This document shows, in pieces, positions 61,843 to 64,000 of a stretch of DNA of 64,000 nucleotides. Where the stretch lies: contig OZ244742.1 in NCBI GenBank assembly GCA_965219415.1, positions 1,888,001 to 1,952,000 on the forward strand, given 5' to 3'. The notes below the pieces were generated by a model. The model made no database searches and was not told the origin of the DNA. It was given only the letters and a program-made list of their open reading frames with translations. Position 1 is the stretch's first letter; each line of letters starts with the position of its first letter. This stretch comes from Candidatus Marinacidobacterales bacterium. Lineage in GTDB: Bacteria; Acidobacteriota; Vicinamibacteria; Marinacidobacterales; DATDRI01. A program made the position numbers and the translations under genes.

Positions 61843-63078
61843 TCAAGGCGAAGGCATTTTCAGGTCGATGGTGCGTTTGGGTGGCTCGACCAACCACTCC
61901 TCCGGGTTTGCCGGCTGGCCGTCCTCGCGGATCTCGAAATAAAGGCTGGGGCCGGTGAGAGACCCGGTATCCCCCACCAGGGCAATCTCATCACCGCGTC
62001 GGACGGTGTCCCCCTCCCGAACCATGATCTCGGATAGATGCCCGTAGAGGCTATGCACTTGACGGGGGTGGCTCACAATGAGGAGCGTGCCGTATCCTTG
62101 GAACCAGGACGCAAAGACCGCTTCCCCATCGTAGACCGCCCGAACCGAGGTACCGATCGGGGCTTGGATCTCGACGCCGTTTTGCACGGTCACGGTGCGG
62201 AATCGAGGGTGCCGGTGCTTGCCGAAGCGGGCACCGATCCGTCCTTCGACCGGCCAACCGAGCTCGCCGCGAAAAAGACGGATCGGAAGAAATAGCGAGT
62301 TGAGCTGCGTCTCACCATCTACTTCGAGGTCGGTCATCAAAGTAGTGAGCCGCACCCGAGCGTCTTCCAATTCGAACTGCAAGGTCTCAGCCATCTCTCG
62401 GCGTTCGTAGATTTGTTCCAATAGCGCGGCCCTAGTGGCCCGGCGACCCTTCAGCGATCGCGTCGTCTGCTCGAGATCCTTCCGGGTCTCGAGCGTCTGC
62501 CTGGTCCCTTCGAGAAGCTCCGCTTTCGTCTCCTCGAGGGCATCTTGATCGGCCAGGAATTGACCGATCTTTTCCGCATCGACCCGAGCCAGTCGAGAGA
62601 TGTAGCGGTAGGCGCGGGTCAGCTCACTCGGCTGTTCGACGGAGAGAAGCAGACGCATGTAGCTCAGCTTGCCCAGCTTGTAGAGACTCACCGCTCGGCC
62701 TGCGAGATAGGGCCTCAGTTCTCGGATAGACGCCTCGAGGGCCTGAACCTGCTTGAGATTGCGATCGATCTCCCGACAGCCCCGCTCGAGCTGAAGCTTC
62801 AGAAGCTGGAGTTTCTGATGCGCGACTTCTATCTGCACTTCCAGGCGATGGAGCTCCCCGACGATCGTCGTCTGCCGCTCGTCCAGGGACACGAGCTCTT
62901 TGTTCAGGGCGGCGAGCTTCTCGGATAGCAGCTCGAGCTTGGCTTCTTCCTCGGCAAGTCGGTCTTGGTCGGGGCCCTCACCAACGAGCACACTTGCCGC
63001 CATCAGACACAGAGTCAGAGCGCCTGAGACGAGTGTCCACGTTGCGAGGAGCCGGCGGCGAATCCGGGAAACGCTCAA
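61843..63078 (-). CDS. EnvC-like coiled-coil/M23 domain protein
   Basis: Long coiled coil, WPVEG, NGVEI, YGHL, VGDTGS...P.LYFEIR (degenerate M23 metal site, as in EnvC). Confidence 0.85.
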   Translation of the reverse strand: MSVSRIRRRLLATWTLVSGALTLCLMAASVLVGEGPDQDRLAEEEAKLELLSEKLAALNKELVSLDERQTTIVGELHRLEVQIEVAHQKLQLLKLQLERGCREIDRNLKQVQALEASIRELRPYLAGRAVSLYKLGKLSYMRLLLSVEQPSELTRAYRYISRLARVDAEKIGQFLADQDALEETKAELLEGTRQTLETRKDLEQTTRSLKGRRATRAALLEQIYERREMAETLQFELEDARVRLTTLMTDLEVDGETQLNSLFLPIRLFRGELGWPVEGRIGARFGKHRHPRFRTVTVQNGVEIQAPIGTSVRAVYDGEAVFASWFQGYGTLLIVSHPRQVHSLYGHLSEIMVREGDTVRRGDEIALVGDTGSLTGPSLYFEIREDGQPANPEEWLVEPPKRTIDLKMPSP

Positions 63079-63162
63079 GATAGTTCTCAGATAATGGAGG
63101 ATAAGCTACGCTCATTATAAGCGTTTCGCCTCGGAGTGACAACGCATTTATGAGCCGAGAGC

Positions 63163-64000
63163 TCAGCGAACCACGACTCGTCCGGGCTGCCCCAGTTTCC
63201 CGTCAAGCTCGATGGTACGCTCGAGAAAGGCTTTGATCACGTCGATGTTTGTTCTGAGGTGCTCGGTTACCCGGACGGTCGTAAACTCCGAGGCGCCTGG
63301 TGCTAAGGCGAGCGGTAGTACGATCTGATCGGCGAGCCGCTCATCCACAGCACCGGGTCGCTCCAGGTAGAAGCGGAACTGCGCCGCCGCCTCCTCACCA
63401 ACCGCTTCTGCCGACTTGCCCCGCGCCCCGAGCGCAGAGGTCGTGATCCACGTTTCATCGAAGCGACCGGAGATCGCCACCGCGCTCCCCGGGGAAGCGG
63501 CTTCGAGCTTCAAGAGTTGCACCGAGACTTCGTGCCCGGTCGCCTGTACCCCAGACCGCGCCCGCGCCGCTTGTCTCTGCTGAACGTGGGCGGGAAGACC
63601 GCACGCCGCTGAAACGATCTCGAGAGATCGCAGCGATCCGGGGTCCAGAAGTTGAAGAGGACGAAGCTGTGCTTCCCCCTGGATGCGAGCCGAAATCTGC
63701 CCGCCACCTTTTGGGTAGAAGCCAGCCCTATCGAGTTGAACGTTCATCTCGAGACCGAGATGGCGCATAAAGGGAAGCCAGCACGACTCGATGAAATTGA
63801 ACGGTGGGCTCCAGGGTACGTGCGTGCCTCCGTGCAGAACGAGCTCCGACGGCCCCTCGGCGAGTGCCAAGGGAAGGGCGAGAGCCTGGAGCACCAAGGT
63901 CACCGACCCCGCGGTGCGGATATCCACCGAATAGGACCCTGGCCGCACCCGTTCGGGAGTAAAGACCACTTCTCGGGAGCCCTCTTCGTCGCCGCGACAG
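63163..64000 (-). CDS. rtcA: RNA 3'-terminal phosphate cyclase (5' end outside the window)
   Basis: TAGS.TLVLQ, GGTHV.WSP, GFYPKGGG, LADQ, HLRTN. Confidence 0.92.
   Translation of the reverse strand, partial: CRGDEEGSREVVFTPERVRPGSYSVDIRTAGSVTLVLQALALPLALAEGPSELVLHGGTHVPWSPPFNFIESCWLPFMRHLGLEMNVQLDRAGFYPKGGGQISARIQGEAQLRPLQLLDPGSLRSLEIVSAACGLPAHVQQRQAARARSGVQATGHEVSVQLLKLEAASPGSAVAISGRFDETWITTSALGARGKSAEAVGEEAAAQFRFYLERPGAVDERLADQIVLPLALAPGASEFTTVRVTEHLRTNIDVIKAFLERTIELDGKLGQPGRVVVR

Noticed and set aside
238-63707. Numerous overlapping antisense or alternate-frame ORFs in the track (e.g. 834-1589, 3044-3811, 60771-61802)
   Set aside because: They are shadow ORFs expected in high-GC DNA, overlap well-supported genes and show no motifs.

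Overview
GC-rich bacterial chromosome segment. The VWFA, GWxTD, PEGA and TolB-like/TPR kinase genes suggest Acidobacteriota (inference). The left part has an amidohydrolase, a tyrosine-integrase remnant abutting the nqrF 3' end, a complete nqrABCDEF operon, envelope and metabolic genes, a Ser/Thr kinase broken by an IS30, and a cyclase/NRAMP-like/UbiD/LLM/split-barrel/UbiX cluster. The middle (about 25.7-50.6 kb) is an accessory region anchored on tRNA-Thr(CGT) at 50555-50629. Three more copies of the tRNA 3' half (35845, 38107, 39016) plus 11-12 bp-period arm-type repeats divide it into tandem modules. Their cargo is vapBC plus amino-acid scavenging enzymes; a FadL-like barrel plus an integrase remnant; hicAB alone; and a decayed satellite-like element. 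That element carries a SIR2 gene (split by an IS256 with a nested IS3), a small terminase-adjacent gene and TerL (split by an IS256 and an inversion), a GRxHxGDENG-repeat protein, a Shedu-like nuclease and an integrase fragment. The right part is core-like: DUF4136, a beta-barrel, a matrixin-like protease, lpxB, rsgA, hflX (probable ATC start), PEGA, GWxTD, an S41 homolog with a degenerate catalytic dyad, an EnvC-like protein and rtcA. All calls come from reading motifs by eye; no database searches were run.
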